Assembly (NCBI RefSeq): GCF_000737315.1
Contig: NZ_JMCB01000001.1
Span: forward strand, 20,001-268,000
Length of the DNA: 248,000 nt
Reading direction: 5' to 3'
Origin: Hyalangium minutum
Lineage (GTDB): Bacteria; Myxococcota; Myxococcia; Myxococcales; Myxococcaceae
This document shows positions 233,454-245,245 of the stretch, piece by piece. Below the pieces are notes generated by a model that saw only the letters and a program-made list of their open reading frames with translations, made no database searches and had not been told where the DNA came from. A program made the position numbers and the translations under genes. Numbering within the stretch: position 1 is the stretch's first letter; each line of letters opens with the position of its first letter.

Positions 233454-234479
233454 ATGCATTCGCGAGCGTCTGAGTCCCCCCTCCCGGAGCCCGCCCACGA
233501 CACGTCCGACCCTCTCGCTGCCGTCATTTCGCTCCTCCGCCCTCAGACGGTGCTCTCGAAGGTCATCAGCGGCGCCGGACGATGGAGCGTGCGATACGAT
233601 GCGCATGAGGATCCCGGGTTTTGCCTCATGCTGGAGGGCTCCTGCTTCCTCGACCTCGACGGCATCGGCTCGATCAAGCTCGAAGAGGGTGACTTCATCC
233701 TCCTGCCCGCCACTCCCGGCTTCACCATGGCGAGTGATCTCGGGATCAAACCCAAGCTCATCAAGCCGACGCATACGAACGAGCTCCGACACGGAACGCA
233801 GTCTGGCCCCCCGACGATGCGACAGCTCGGCGGGTACTTCCGCTTTGATCGCACGAACGCCCAGCTCGTCGTCAGCTTCCTACCGTCAATGATTCATATT
233901 CGGCGAGATGAGCCGGGAGCCACGCGGCTGCGCAGGGTCGTCGAGCTTATCAGCGAGGAGACGGCGGCACGTCGTCCGGGGCGTGATTTGATCCTTGGGC
234001 GACTCGTCGAGGTGCTCCTTGTCGAGGCCCTGCGCTTTCGACCCGCAGAAGCCGCGGGTCAGGAGAAAGGGCTGCTCGCAGGCCTCACCGATTCCGCGCT
234101 TGCCCGCGCTCTTCGGCGGATGCACGACGACGTTGCGCACCGATGGACGGTCGCCGACTTGGCGCGGACGGCAGGCATGTCTCGCGCGTCCTTTGCAGAA
234201 CGGTTCATGCGAACGGTGGGGGTGCCTCCCATGGAGTACCTTCTCGAATGGCGCATCGCGATCGCGAAAGACCTCCTTCGGCGAGAGCGCGTCTCACTCT
234301 CGGAGGTGGCTGAGATGATCGGGTACCAGTCCGCGAGCGCGTTCAGTACGGCGTTTTCGCGCCATGCCGGCTGCTCGCCAAGCGAGTTTGCTCGCTCGAT
234401 GCGCATAGGCTCACAGCCACATTCGAGGGGCCACCCCGAGCGGAGAGGGGTTTATCGTCCGTTTAAAAACGGGGCGTAG
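233454..234479 (+). CDS. AraC family regulator (cupin_6)
   Basis: DPL..V..LL, W.V..LA..AGMSR..F, GY.S.SAF. Confidence 0.88.
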   Translation: MHSRASESPLPEPAHDTSDPLAAVISLLRPQTVLSKVISGAGRWSVRYDAHEDPGFCLMLEGSCFLDLDGIGSIKLEEGDFILLPATPGFTMASDLGIKPKLIKPTHTNELRHGTQSGPPTMRQLGGYFRFDRTNAQLVVSFLPSMIHIRRDEPGATRLRRVVELISEETAARRPGRDLILGRLVEVLLVEALRFRPAEAAGQEKGLLAGLTDSALARALRRMHDDVAHRWTVADLARTAGMSRASFAERFMRTVGVPPMEYLLEWRIAIAKDLLRRERVSLSEVAEMIGYQSASAFSTAFSRHAGCSPSEFARSMRIGSQPHSRGHPERRGVYRPFKNGA

Positions 234480-234488
234480 GTTGCCAGC

Positions 234489-236264
234489 ATGGAACCACGA
234501 ACCTTCAAGACCGCGAGCCTCAAGAGCTTTCTAAACCTGGTCCTGGCCACACGGCCATCGCTGCCGCTGCTCCTCACAGCCCTGGGGCTGAGCCTGGGCT
234601 CGACGGCGGTGAGCCTGGTCGTCCCCCTCTTCACCAAGAGTATGGTGGACGGCTTCTCACTGTCGTCCCTCAACTTCACCCAGTTGGCGCTGATCGGCGC
234701 TGCCTTCGCACTGCAGGCCGGCGCGGGCAGCCTCTCGCTCTACCTGCTGACACTCATCGGCCAGCGGATCGTCGTCGGCATCCGAGACAGGCTCTGGAAA
234801 AAGCAACTGGCACTGCCCGTCCGCTACTTCGACTCGCACGGAAGCGGGGACCTCATCTCCCGCATGGTCAACGACACCGCCGCAGTGAAGGCCCTCATCA
234901 CCGAGAACCTCTCCGGATTTGTCTCGGGGATCATCGCCTTCGTCGGAGCCAGCTGCCTGCTCCTCTTCCTGAACTGGAAGATGACCCTGGTGATGCTCGT
235001 GGCCCTTCCCATCGGCATCAGCGCGCTCGTGCCGCTGGGCCGCACCATGCGCCGGGTGGCCATGGGCACCATGAACGAGAACGCAAAGTTCACGGCCATC
235101 CTGGCCCAGGTCCTCTCCGAGATCCGCCTGGTGAAGGCCTCCAACGCCGAGCCCCGGGAGTACCGCAAGGGACACGCGACCGTGGAGCGGCTCTACGAGC
235201 TCGGCCTCAAGGATGGGCGCATCCAGGCGCTGGTTGGACCGCTGATGTCCCTCGTGCTCATGGCTCTGCTCGTGCTCGTCGTCGGCTACGGCGGCTTCCT
235301 GGTCTCCTCGGGACAGCTCACTGCGGGCGCACTGGTCGCCTTCATCCTCTATCTGATCCAGGCCATCATCCCCATCGCGCAGATCACCGGCTTCATCACC
235401 CAGCTCCAGAAGGCTCGAGGGGCCACGCAGAGCATCATCGAGCTGTTGGAGCTCCCCGAGGAGAAGCCAGAGGAGGGCCTCCCTCTCGACTCGGCTCGCC
235501 AGCCGATCCGCTTCGAGCAGGTGAGCTTCAGCTACGTGCCCGGCGAGCCGGTGTGCCGGGACATGAGCTTCACCCTGGAGCCGGACACCGTGACGGCCAT
235601 CGTCGGCCCCAGCGGCGGCGGGAAGACCACCCTCTTCAACCTCTTGGAGCGCTTCTATGAGCCCGACTCCGGGAGCATCCGCATCGGCTCCGGGTCCCTC
235701 GATGCATTCTCCCTGGCCTCGTGGCGGAGCCGCCTGGGGTACGTGCCCCAGGACTGTCCCATCATGGCCGGGACGATCCGCGAGAACATCATCTACGGCC
235801 TGGACCGGGAACCCAGCGAAGAAGAGGTGATCGAGGCCGCTCGCATGGCCTACGCCGACGGGTTCATCCGCGAACTCCCCCGCGGCTACGACACCGAGGT
235901 GGGCGAGCGAGGCGTCAAGCTCTCCGGCGGGCAGCGGCAGCGAATCGCCATCGCTCGGGCGCTCCTGCGCGACCCCGACGTCCTCATGCTGGATGAGGCC
236001 ACCTCGAGCCTCGACAGCGCCTCGGAGCACTCCGTGAGGCTGGCCCTGCAGAATCTGATGCGAGGCCGGACGACGCTGGTGATCGCGCACCGCCTCTCGA
236101 CGGTGGTGGACGCGGATCGCATCCTCTTCATCGAGAAAGGACGGCTGACGGGGAGCGGCACCCACTCCGAGCTCTTGGCGAGCCATGAGCTGTACCGGAC
236201 CTTCGCTGAGAGGCAGTTGAGCCTGACCGACCGGGCCGAGGCGCTCGCATCCCCAGCGGCGTAA
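234489..236264 (+). CDS. ABC multidrug-type exporter (TMD+NBD)
   Basis: GPSGGGKTT, LSGGQRQR, DEATS. Confidence 0.9.
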   Translation: MEPRTFKTASLKSFLNLVLATRPSLPLLLTALGLSLGSTAVSLVVPLFTKSMVDGFSLSSLNFTQLALIGAAFALQAGAGSLSLYLLTLIGQRIVVGIRDRLWKKQLALPVRYFDSHGSGDLISRMVNDTAAVKALITENLSGFVSGIIAFVGASCLLLFLNWKMTLVMLVALPIGISALVPLGRTMRRVAMGTMNENAKFTAILAQVLSEIRLVKASNAEPREYRKGHATVERLYELGLKDGRIQALVGPLMSLVLMALLVLVVGYGGFLVSSGQLTAGALVAFILYLIQAIIPIAQITGFITQLQKARGATQSIIELLELPEEKPEEGLPLDSARQPIRFEQVSFSYVPGEPVCRDMSFTLEPDTVTAIVGPSGGGKTTLFNLLERFYEPDSGSIRIGSGSLDAFSLASWRSRLGYVPQDCPIMAGTIRENIIYGLDREPSEEEVIEAARMAYADGFIRELPRGYDTEVGERGVKLSGGQRQRIAIARALLRDPDVLMLDEATSSLDSASEHSVRLALQNLMRGRTTLVIAHRLSTVVDADRILFIEKGRLTGSGTHSELLASHELYRTFAERQLSLTDRAEALASPAA

Positions 236265-236282
236265 GCTGGGCCTGGAGAACCC

Positions 236283-236957
236283 ATGGCCAAGATCATGATC
236301 GTCGATGACGATCCCCACATTCGCGAGCTGGTGCGGCACTTCCTGAGCACCGTGGGCTTCGATGTGGTCGAGGCCCCGGACGGCCGCGAGGCCCTGCGCC
236401 TGCTGGAGTCCGTCCGAGCCGATCTGATCGTCCTCGACGTGATGATGCCGCACCTGGACGGCTGGGATTTCTGCCGCGAGTTCAAGCGCCGCAGGGACCT
236501 CCCCATCCTCATGCTCACAGCCAAGGGAGAGACCTCGCAGAAGCTCAAGGGCTTCGAGCTCGGAGCCGATGACTACCTGGTGAAACCCTTCGAGCCGGCG
236601 GAGCTCGCCGCCCGAGTCAAGGCGCTGCTCAAGCGCTACCGCATCGAGGCCTCGCAGACCGTCCAGATCGGAAGGCTGTTGCTGAGCCGCAAGAGCTATC
236701 AAGTTCAGGCCGGGGACGAGAGCCTGACCATTCCGCCAAAGGAGTTCGAGCTGCTCTTCAAGCTGGGCGGCTCGCCGGGCAAGACCTTCAGCCGGGAGCA
236801 GCTGATCCAGGCCATCTGGGGGCCTGACTTCGAGGGGACGGACCGCACCGTGGACGTCCACATCAACCGGCTCCGCGAACGCTTCCCTGAGGAGCGCTTC
236901 GGCTACCGCATCACCGCCATCCGGGGGCTGGGCTATCGGCTGGAGCCCACCCCATGA
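236283..236957 (+). CDS. OmpR-family response regulator
   Basis: VDDD, D.MMP..DG, KPF, winged helix. Confidence 0.92.
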   Translation: MAKIMIVDDDPHIRELVRHFLSTVGFDVVEAPDGREALRLLESVRADLIVLDVMMPHLDGWDFCREFKRRRDLPILMLTAKGETSQKLKGFELGADDYLVKPFEPAELAARVKALLKRYRIEASQTVQIGRLLLSRKSYQVQAGDESLTIPPKEFELLFKLGGSPGKTFSREQLIQAIWGPDFEGTDRTVDVHINRLRERFPEERFGYRITAIRGLGYRLEPTP

Positions 236958-238030
236958 AGCCTCTGACCGTGCGAAGTCGATATCGCCTCAAGTTCATGCT
237001 GACCACGTTGGCATTCCTGACGGGGCTGGTGCTCGAATGGACACTCGTGTCGTGGCTGAAGGAGCTCGCACTGGTGGCGCTCGGCGTGCAGCTGAGCTCC
237101 TACGTCAGCCGGCTCATCGACCTGGTGGTCTCGCTCTTTCTCTTTGGCTTCCTCATGTCCTTCATCGGCCAGGCAGTCCGGCGGCAGCCGATGGAACTGC
237201 TCGCGATGCTGAGCGACGCCCTGAGCCGCATTGCCCGCGGGGACTTCTCCGTCAGCTTGCCGGTCGAGAAAGCAGGTGAGGCCATTCCAGAGAACAAGTT
237301 CCACCAACTCGCCACCAACCTCAACCAGATGGCCGAGTCCCTCAAGCGGATGGAAGAGATGCGCCAGGAGTTCATCTCGAACGTCTCCCACGAGATTCAG
237401 TCGCCCCTCACCTCCATCCAGGGGTTTGCCCAGGCCCTCAAGGGCGGCGGGCTGTCGGAGGAGGTTCGTCAGCAGTACCTCTCCACCATCGAGACCGAGA
237501 GCCGGCGGCTCTCGCGCTTGAGCGAGAACCTGCTGAGGCTGAGCTCCTTGGACTCCAAGGCCCACGCTCCCGCGCCGAAGCCCTACCGGCTGGACAGCCA
237601 GATCCGCCACGTCGTCCTCGCGGCCGAGCCCCAGTGGATGGCCAAGGGCCTCGACGTCGCCGCCGAGCTCGATGAGCTGGTCGTGTCCGCAGACGAGGAC
237701 ATGCTGAACCAAGTCTGGACCAATCTGGCCCACAACGCCGTCAAGTTCACTCCACCGGGCGGGCAGATCCGGATCGAGCTTCGGCGCACGGAGGGGCGAT
237801 TGCTCGTGCGGTTCTCCGACTCGGGGATTGGAATCTCGGCGGAGGACCTGCCCTTCGTCTTCGATCGCTTCTACAAGGCGGACAGGTCTCGCAGCCACAG
237901 CGATGCCTCCACGGGCAGCGGACTCGGGCTCGCCATCACCCAGAAGATCGTCGAGCTCCACGGTGGGCAAATCGAAGTCCGGAGCGAGGGCCTGGGCAGA
238001 GGCTCATGCTTTACGGTGACCCTCCCGTGA
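236954..238030 (+). CDS. HAMP sensor histidine kinase
   Basis: SHEIQSPL, N..NA.KF, D.G.GI, GSGLGL. Confidence 0.92.
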   Translation: MKPLTVRSRYRLKFMLTTLAFLTGLVLEWTLVSWLKELALVALGVQLSSYVSRLIDLVVSLFLFGFLMSFIGQAVRRQPMELLAMLSDALSRIARGDFSVSLPVEKAGEAIPENKFHQLATNLNQMAESLKRMEEMRQEFISNVSHEIQSPLTSIQGFAQALKGGGLSEEVRQQYLSTIETESRRLSRLSENLLRLSSLDSKAHAPAPKPYRLDSQIRHVVLAAEPQWMAKGLDVAAELDELVVSADEDMLNQVWTNLAHNAVKFTPPGGQIRIELRRTEGRLLVRFSDSGIGISAEDLPFVFDRFYKADRSRSHSDASTGSGLGLAITQKIVELHGGQIEVRSEGLGRGSCFTVTLP

Positions 238031-238073
238031 CAGGCGGTGGGTCACCTTGTCTTCACGTAGACACAGCCATCCG

Positions 238074-239332
<1,259 letters not shown>

Positions 239333-239535
239333 CGTAGACAACCCACGGCAGCGGCGAATGCGGAAGCGACGAAGGAGCGCACGCCGCGACTGGATGGGGC
239401 TGGGCTGCTGCGCCGGACTTTCGCGCTGGGAGCGGTGCAGGGGATCCTCGCCAAGCAGGACAGTCCCCTGCTCGCCCCTGAGCTGAGCCGCTCTGACGCG
239501 GCGCAGCAAGCCCGAACGCGCCGCCGCGAACCGAA

Positions 239536-239562
239536 GCAACTCCCGCTCTCGGCTGGCGAGAA
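239536..239562 (+). promoter_or_regulatory. Sigma28-like promoter
   Basis: GCAACTC-N13-GCGAGAA, 7 bp before the ATG. Confidence 0.45.
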
Positions 239563-239569
239563 TTGGAAT

Positions 239570-240604
239570 ATGAGAACCCAGTCCCACCGCCCCCTCCTCC
239601 ACGTCGGCTCCACCGGCAGCCGCGTTCAGAAGGTCGAAGAGCGCTTGGAGTCGCTCGGCTACCTCAAGAAGGGTGCCGCCGACGACCGCTTCGACGCCGG
239701 CACCGCCAAGGCGGTGGTCAATTACAAGCGCGACCACGGCTGGACCGGGCAGCCGCAGGGGGTCGTCGGCGAGCGGATGGCTCGCTCGCTGAAGCACACC
239801 GACGCCGCCCCCACCGCCAACACCCCCACCGCCAATACCAGCGCTGCCACCACCGCCGGCGGCAAGGGCAAGACCCCATCGACGCTCAAGGGCGCGACCT
239901 ACAACGTCGAGCGCGACCGCAACCCCCAGCAGGTGCAGAAGTGGCTGGGCGACTTCGCCAAGAAGAACAAGCTCGACTTCGTCCAGGTCCAGGAGATCAA
240001 CGGCTACCACAAGGCCCTGGAGAAGATCCCCGGCTACCACCTGGTGACCTTCCCCAAGGCCAAGGACCACGGCGAGTCGGGCATCCTCGTCAAGGACAGC
240101 CTTCTCGCCAAGCACGCCGCGTCCATCCAGGGCGAGGGCGGCGGTTGGACCACCGTGCGCGGCGGCCACGCCCCGCCGCGGGCGGCCGTTGCCGTCCAGC
240201 TCGCAGGCTGGCTGAAGGTGGTCTCGGCCCACCAGCCGCCCTCGGTCGACTGGAAGAACGGGCACCCCGTCGGGCCGGAGAACCGGGTGAAGACCTACGC
240301 GTCGCTCTCCGAGAAGCTGCTCGCCTTCGCGAAGCGGCAGATCAAGAACAACCCTGATCAGGCCCTGCTCATCGGCGGCGACTGGAACGAGCCGGCGTCG
240401 ACCCGGGGGAAGTGGTCGCCGAACTGGATCGCCCAGCAGGCCGGCATGACCACCCACGGCGGCGCGAAGACCCATGGCAACGCCAGCATCGACTGGGAGA
240501 TGTCCCACGGGTGCCGGGTCTCGAACATCAAGGCCGGCCCGACCGGCGGCTCGGATCACAACATCGTCACCTTCTCCGTGAGCCGCCCGAAGGGCAAGCG
240601 CTGA
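239570..240604 (+). CDS. Peptidoglycan-binding domain plus endonuclease/exonuclease/phosphatase domain protein
   Basis: L..GS.G..V..V...L..LGY; TYNV, VQE, GGDWN, ID, SDH. Confidence 0.8.
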   Translation: MRTQSHRPLLHVGSTGSRVQKVEERLESLGYLKKGAADDRFDAGTAKAVVNYKRDHGWTGQPQGVVGERMARSLKHTDAAPTANTPTANTSAATTAGGKGKTPSTLKGATYNVERDRNPQQVQKWLGDFAKKNKLDFVQVQEINGYHKALEKIPGYHLVTFPKAKDHGESGILVKDSLLAKHAASIQGEGGGWTTVRGGHAPPRAAVAVQLAGWLKVVSAHQPPSVDWKNGHPVGPENRVKTYASLSEKLLAFAKRQIKNNPDQALLIGGDWNEPASTRGKWSPNWIAQQAGMTTHGGAKTHGNASIDWEMSHGCRVSNIKAGPTGGSDHNIVTFSVSRPKGKR

Positions 240605-240613
240605 ACCCGCTTC

Positions 240614-241450
240614 TCAGGCCTTCGCATCGAACCCGTCGGTCGAGACCGCGAGCGCACGCCATGCGGCGACCTCCTCAGCGACCTGCCGGTTTTTGGCCTC
240701 GATGCGCGCCAGCGTGTCACTGCCCAGGGGCAGCCTCAGGGGCGGGTTGGCGGCATCCGCCAGCGCCAGGAAGGCCTTGGCCAGCTTGGCCGGATTGCCA
240801 GGCTGCGCGTGGTTCAGCTCCCCTGCCACCGTTCGCGTGACTCCGGACGTGGCGGCGTAGTCGGCGATCGGCTGGGCCACCGAGAGCGACTGCCCGTCCA
240901 GGAAGTCCGTGCGGAAGAAACCGGGCTCCACGACGGTCGCCTTGATACCCAGGGGGGCCAGCTCGACGGCCAGGGCTTCCGTGAGGCCCTCCACCGCGAA
241001 CTTGGTGGCGCAGTAGACGCCCCAGCCGGCGTAAGCGCCGTAGCCTCCCACCGAGGAGACGTTGATCACGTGCCCCGAGCGCTGGCGGCGCATGTGCGGG
241101 AGCACCGCGCGGGTGACAGCCAGCAGTCCGAACACGTTGGTGGAGAACACGCTCTCGACCTCCTTCGCGCTGGCCTCCTCCACGGCGCTGAGCAGGCCGT
241201 AGCCCGCGTTGTTGACCAGGATGTCGATGCGGCCGAAGCGCTGGATGGCTGCCTCGACGGCCGCCTGGATCTGCTCCTCGCGGGTGACATCGAGCCGGAC
241301 GGCGAGCAGCCGCGGGTGGTCTCCGAACTTCGCCTGGAGGCCCTGCGGATCGCGGGCCGTGGCCACCACGGCGTCGCCCGCAGCGAGGACCTCGGCAGTA
241401 ATGAGGGCGCCAAAACCACGAGAAGCTCCAGTAATGAACCAGGTACGCAT
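240614..241450 (-). CDS. SDR oxidoreductase
   Basis: WFITGASRGFG, NNAG, Y.ATK. Confidence 0.9.
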   Translation of the reverse strand: MRTWFITGASRGFGALITAEVLAAGDAVVATARDPQGLQAKFGDHPRLLAVRLDVTREEQIQAAVEAAIQRFGRIDILVNNAGYGLLSAVEEASAKEVESVFSTNVFGLLAVTRAVLPHMRRQRSGHVINVSSVGGYGAYAGWGVYCATKFAVEGLTEALAVELAPLGIKATVVEPGFFRTDFLDGQSLSVAQPIADYAATSGVTRTVAGELNHAQPGNPAKLAKAFLALADAANPPLRLPLGSDTLARIEAKNRQVAEEVAAWRALAVSTDGFDAKA

Positions 241451-241573
241451 GATGAGACTTCCTTTCCAGAAGGCCGCCGGACGGGTTCGTCGGCTGGCAA
241501 AGGAAAGGTAGCGGGAGGCATCTGGTGAGTGAATCTCTTGAATCCTCAATGAGCTGATGAGTTCATCTCAGCA

Positions 241574-242479
241574 ATGAAGCGAATCGATCCCGCTGCCCTC
241601 TCCCCCTTCCTCGCCATCGCGACCCACCGCAGCTTCCGCAAGGCGGCGGTGGAACTGGGGGTATCGCCCTCCGCCCTGAGCCACTCGCTGCAGAGCATCG
241701 AGGAGCGCCTCGGGGTGCGACTGGTGAATCGCACCACCCGCAGCGTCGCCCTGACGGAGGCGGGCGAGCGCCTCTTCGCGCGCATCCGCCCGGCCTTTCG
241801 AGACATCAGCGATGCGCTCGAGGATCTGAACGTCTTCCGAGGCCAGCCGATGGGGACGTTGCGCATCAACGCGTCCCGGCAGTCGTCGCAGCTGGCGCTC
241901 ATGCCCGTCGTCACGCGATTTCTCCGGGCTTATCCGGACGTGCGAGTCGAGATGAGAGTGGACGACGCCCTGAGCGACATCGTCTCGGAGGGGTTCGATG
242001 CCGGAGTGCGCTTCGGCGAGAGCATCGCTGCGGACATGCTCGCGGTTCCGATTGGCCCGCGGCAGAGGTCCGCCGTCGTCGGGGCGCCGGAATACTTCTC
242101 GCGCCATGCCATGCCCAGGACGCCGCATGAACTGCGCGAGCTGCCCTGCATCCGCTTCCGCTTTCTCAGCGGAGTCCTCTACCGCTGGGAGTTCGAGCGG
242201 GACAGCGAAGAGGTGGTGATCGAAGTCGATGGTCCCCTGACCCTCAGTGAGCAGGGGCTCATGGTGGATGCTGCGCTGGCGGGGGTCGGCCTGGCGTATG
242301 TCTTCGAGGCGCAGGTGAGCACGCTGCTCGCACAGGGCCACCTGGTGAGGGCTCTCGAGGACTGGTGCCCCTCTTATCCCGGCTTCTTCCTCTACTACCC
242401 CAGTCGCCGTCAGATCCCGACGGCGCTGCGAGCCTTCGTTGATTTCGTGAAGGCCTCGGCATCATCGGGAGACAGTTGA
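241574..242479 (+). CDS. LysR family regulator
   Basis: SFRKAA.ELG.S.SALS, RTTRSV.LTEAG. Confidence 0.92.
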   Translation: MKRIDPAALSPFLAIATHRSFRKAAVELGVSPSALSHSLQSIEERLGVRLVNRTTRSVALTEAGERLFARIRPAFRDISDALEDLNVFRGQPMGTLRINASRQSSQLALMPVVTRFLRAYPDVRVEMRVDDALSDIVSEGFDAGVRFGESIAADMLAVPIGPRQRSAVVGAPEYFSRHAMPRTPHELRELPCIRFRFLSGVLYRWEFERDSEEVVIEVDGPLTLSEQGLMVDAALAGVGLAYVFEAQVSTLLAQGHLVRALEDWCPSYPGFFLYYPSRRQIPTALRAFVDFVKASASSGDS

Positions 242480-242499
242480 GCGGCAGTGCCTCCGTGTGG

Positions 242500-242925
242500 C
242501 TACCCCGCCTCCCCGTCGCGGCTGGCCAGGACCACGTAGTACCCGTCTGGATCCCGGAGCCACATCTCCCGGTGCTGGGGCGCCGGGTTCACGTGCGGCT
242601 CCTCGACCACCGTCGCTCGCAGCTTCCGCGCCCGCTCCACGGCCGCATCGAAGTCGTCCACCTCGAACCACAACAGGACGCCATGTCCAACAGGTGCTTT
242701 GTCCCTCCCCTTGAGGTTGGGGTGATCCTCGTCCTCCCAGCTATGGAGCTGGAGGATCAGCGTGTCCCCGCTCATCAGCCGGTCATAGAAGAGCCGGTGC
242801 GGATGATCTGGGTCCCCGGAGGACTCCACTCCCAGCAGGGCCTTGTACCAGGTGCTGCTGGCCTTCACGTCTCTCACCGCGATCAGCGGTTGAGCGCGCA
242901 CGGGTCCTTGTTTGGATTCAGCCAT
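242500..242925 (-). CDS. VOC/glyoxalase family protein
   Basis: V.DV.AS..WY..LLG, RDPDG. Confidence 0.85.
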   Translation of the reverse strand: MAESKQGPVRAQPLIAVRDVKASSTWYKALLGVESSGDPDHPHRLFYDRLMSGDTLILQLHSWEDEDHPNLKGRDKAPVGHGVLLWFEVDDFDAAVERARKLRATVVEEPHVNPAPQHREMWLRDPDGYYVVLASRDGEAG

Positions 242926-243109
242926 ACACTCCTCGCTTGATGCCGCTCATCATGCGAGGACCGACGCGCCGCCGTCTTGAACGAAATTGACCCTTGAGGG
243001 GAACCGGCTCGCGTCCACTTCTGACGCCGTCAGAAGTCTGCAGCGGCTGCTTCCGCTTGGCCACCCAGCTTGGCCACCCAGCATGGCCGCGCCACCTTCG
243101 GGGCCCAAG

Positions 243110-243197
243110 GGGCTCGCCAACGACAGGCAGGGTCTGGAGCGGCTATGCCGCTACGGAGCACGCGGGGAGTTGGCGCTGGAGCGCTTGTCACGAGCGA
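243110..243197 (+). pseudogene. IS91-family transposase (Y2) fragment
   Basis: ANDRQGLERLCRYGARGELALERLS. Confidence 0.65.
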
Positions 243198-243283
243198 TCG
243201 ATTCTCGAGCACCTCAGCTCTTCCATCCTTCCTATGCGCCTCACACACGTTCGGACGGACGGAACGTTCGTCGAGCCGGTCCC

Positions 243284-245245
243284 CTACTCCTCCGGGAAGC
243301 CGCTGCCGTCCACGGCCGGGGGGACGACATCCACGTCACTCGCCAGCACGTAGGCGAAGCGGTGGTTGAAGTTGACCTGGTAGTAGAGGAGCTGCCCGGG
243401 GACATCCCGCTTGTTGGAGCCCTCGACCTGGGGCGCGTAGGTGGGCGAGTAGTAGTAGTCGCCCTTGAGCGGCCCGATCGCCACGTAGCGCTGGCCGGCG
243501 GGGATGCTGTACGGAGTGAGCGGGATGAGCGCCTGGGGAGTGATGCCCGCCGGGTACGCCCCCGCCTCCGGGTACGCCCGGCCGTAGAGCGGGATGGACG
243601 TCTTGCCCGCCTTGGGCGTCACGAGCATGCCGAACCCTCTGCGCGTGTTGACGTGGCCCGGGCTGTAGAACCAGGCCTTCTGGCCGCTGAACCAGATTGC
243701 GTCCCAGTCGCCCTGGTGGCCGGCCAGGGCGTACTGCTGGCCGGCCGCCGCCTTGTTGGCCCAGTTGCTCGCCCGCGAGGGAGTGTCCGTGATGAAGGGA
243801 TTGGTGATCAGCGACGCGCTCGTGCTGGGCGCCGTGTACAGGTACACGAAGTTGGCCGACTGGGTGGGCACCGCCCGGCAGTCGGTCGAGGAGTAGCAGT
243901 ACGTCATCGCCGGGGTGTTGGTCTGAAAGTCCGGGGCGATCTTCACGATGCCGGGGTTCAGGGGCTCGCGCTGCTCCAGCTCCGCGCCGACCAGCTCCAT
244001 GTAGTGGTCCCAGTCCCAGAAGGGGCCCGGATCCCAGTGCTGCGAGGCCTGGTTGGTGGTCGACGTGCCCGGCACGTTGTCGTGGCCGACGATGTGCTCG
244101 CGATCGAGCGGCACGTTGAACCGCAGCGCCAGGTAGCGTGTCAGCCGAGCCGAGGAGATGTACAGCTGCTCGCTGTACCAAGCGGCTCCTTCGATAGCGA
244201 CGCCCTCATGCTCGATACCCACCGAGTGCGCGTTGACGTACCAGTTGCCGGCATGCCAGGCGACGTGCGCGTTGGGGATCATCTGCGCGACATGCCCGTC
244301 CGAGGCGCGCACCACATAGTGGGCACTGGCCTTGTACGTGGGGCTCTGGAAGACCGAGAGCGTGGAGGCGTAGCTGCCCTCGGTGTCGTGGATGACGATG
244401 TAGCGAATGTCGACCCCACCCTCCGGGCGCTTCGCCAGGTCATAGTTGCCGTAGTTCGAGGGGCTGGAGGAGTTCTGCGCGTACGCGGCGGGGATGAACT
244501 CGCAGGAGGCCCACAAGGGGCACTCGGTGGAGGGGTTCGAGGTGACGCGCAGCGCCAGCGTGGCAGCGGTGAGGGGGTTGGGGGTGATGCTGTCGGACCT
244601 GAGCGTCACCTGCTGCCCGTCGGACGTGGTGCGCACGGCTCCCTGCCGGACGGTGTCGTACACCGCGTCCGCGAACCCGAGCGCCGTGGATTGATCCGAG
244701 GAGCCGCTGTACAGGACGACGGCGCCGTACCAGTCCGCCGTGTTCCCAGGCACCCGGCCCAAGGTGTAGCGCGCGTACTGGGTCAAGAGAGCAGCGCCGC
244801 CGCGGATGTTCTGCGCGGGATCGCGCTTGAGCACCTCGGGCTCCACGCCCAGCAGCTGCGCCGCGGTGTCCAGGGTGTGGAAGCCCGGATCGTTCTCGTC
244901 GACCATGCTGTACCGATCGACGTCATCCCCCTTGAGCGAGCCAGGTTGGGGGCCGTCCACGTGCGTCAGGTGCATCGGTCCGTACCCACCTGACGTGCTG
245001 GGCGCTCCGGCGTGGTGCTCCCAGCGCGACACGTTGTACGAGACGGAGAGCAGCAGGCTCTCGGGCACACCGAACTCGCGGGAGGCGGCGGAGAAGGCCG
245101 TTTGGAGCGACGTGGGACCGGCCTCGGGAGCGAAGCCCTCGGCCCCGAGCGCTGGAAGCGAGAGCAGGGAGAGCGCAACGCCCGCCCATACCCCCGCGAG
245201 GGACCACCGCTGAGCACCACTCGGTTCGACTCGATTCGTGTTCAC
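243284..245245 (-). CDS. N-acetylmuramoyl-L-alanine amidase with lysozyme-like N-terminus
   Basis: IVIHDTE, SAHY, AWHAGN, GIEHEG, H.DPG. Confidence 0.88.
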   Translation of the reverse strand: MNTNRVEPSGAQRWSLAGVWAGVALSLLSLPALGAEGFAPEAGPTSLQTAFSAASREFGVPESLLLSVSYNVSRWEHHAGAPSTSGGYGPMHLTHVDGPQPGSLKGDDVDRYSMVDENDPGFHTLDTAAQLLGVEPEVLKRDPAQNIRGGAALLTQYARYTLGRVPGNTADWYGAVVLYSGSSDQSTALGFADAVYDTVRQGAVRTTSDGQQVTLRSDSITPNPLTAATLALRVTSNPSTECPLWASCEFIPAAYAQNSSSPSNYGNYDLAKRPEGGVDIRYIVIHDTEGSYASTLSVFQSPTYKASAHYVVRASDGHVAQMIPNAHVAWHAGNWYVNAHSVGIEHEGVAIEGAAWYSEQLYISSARLTRYLALRFNVPLDREHIVGHDNVPGTSTTNQASQHWDPGPFWDWDHYMELVGAELEQREPLNPGIVKIAPDFQTNTPAMTYCYSSTDCRAVPTQSANFVYLYTAPSTSASLITNPFITDTPSRASNWANKAAAGQQYALAGHQGDWDAIWFSGQKAWFYSPGHVNTRRGFGMLVTPKAGKTSIPLYGRAYPEAGAYPAGITPQALIPLTPYSIPAGQRYVAIGPLKGDYYYSPTYAPQVEGSNKRDVPGQLLYYQVNFNHRFAYVLASDVDVVPPAVDGSGFPEE

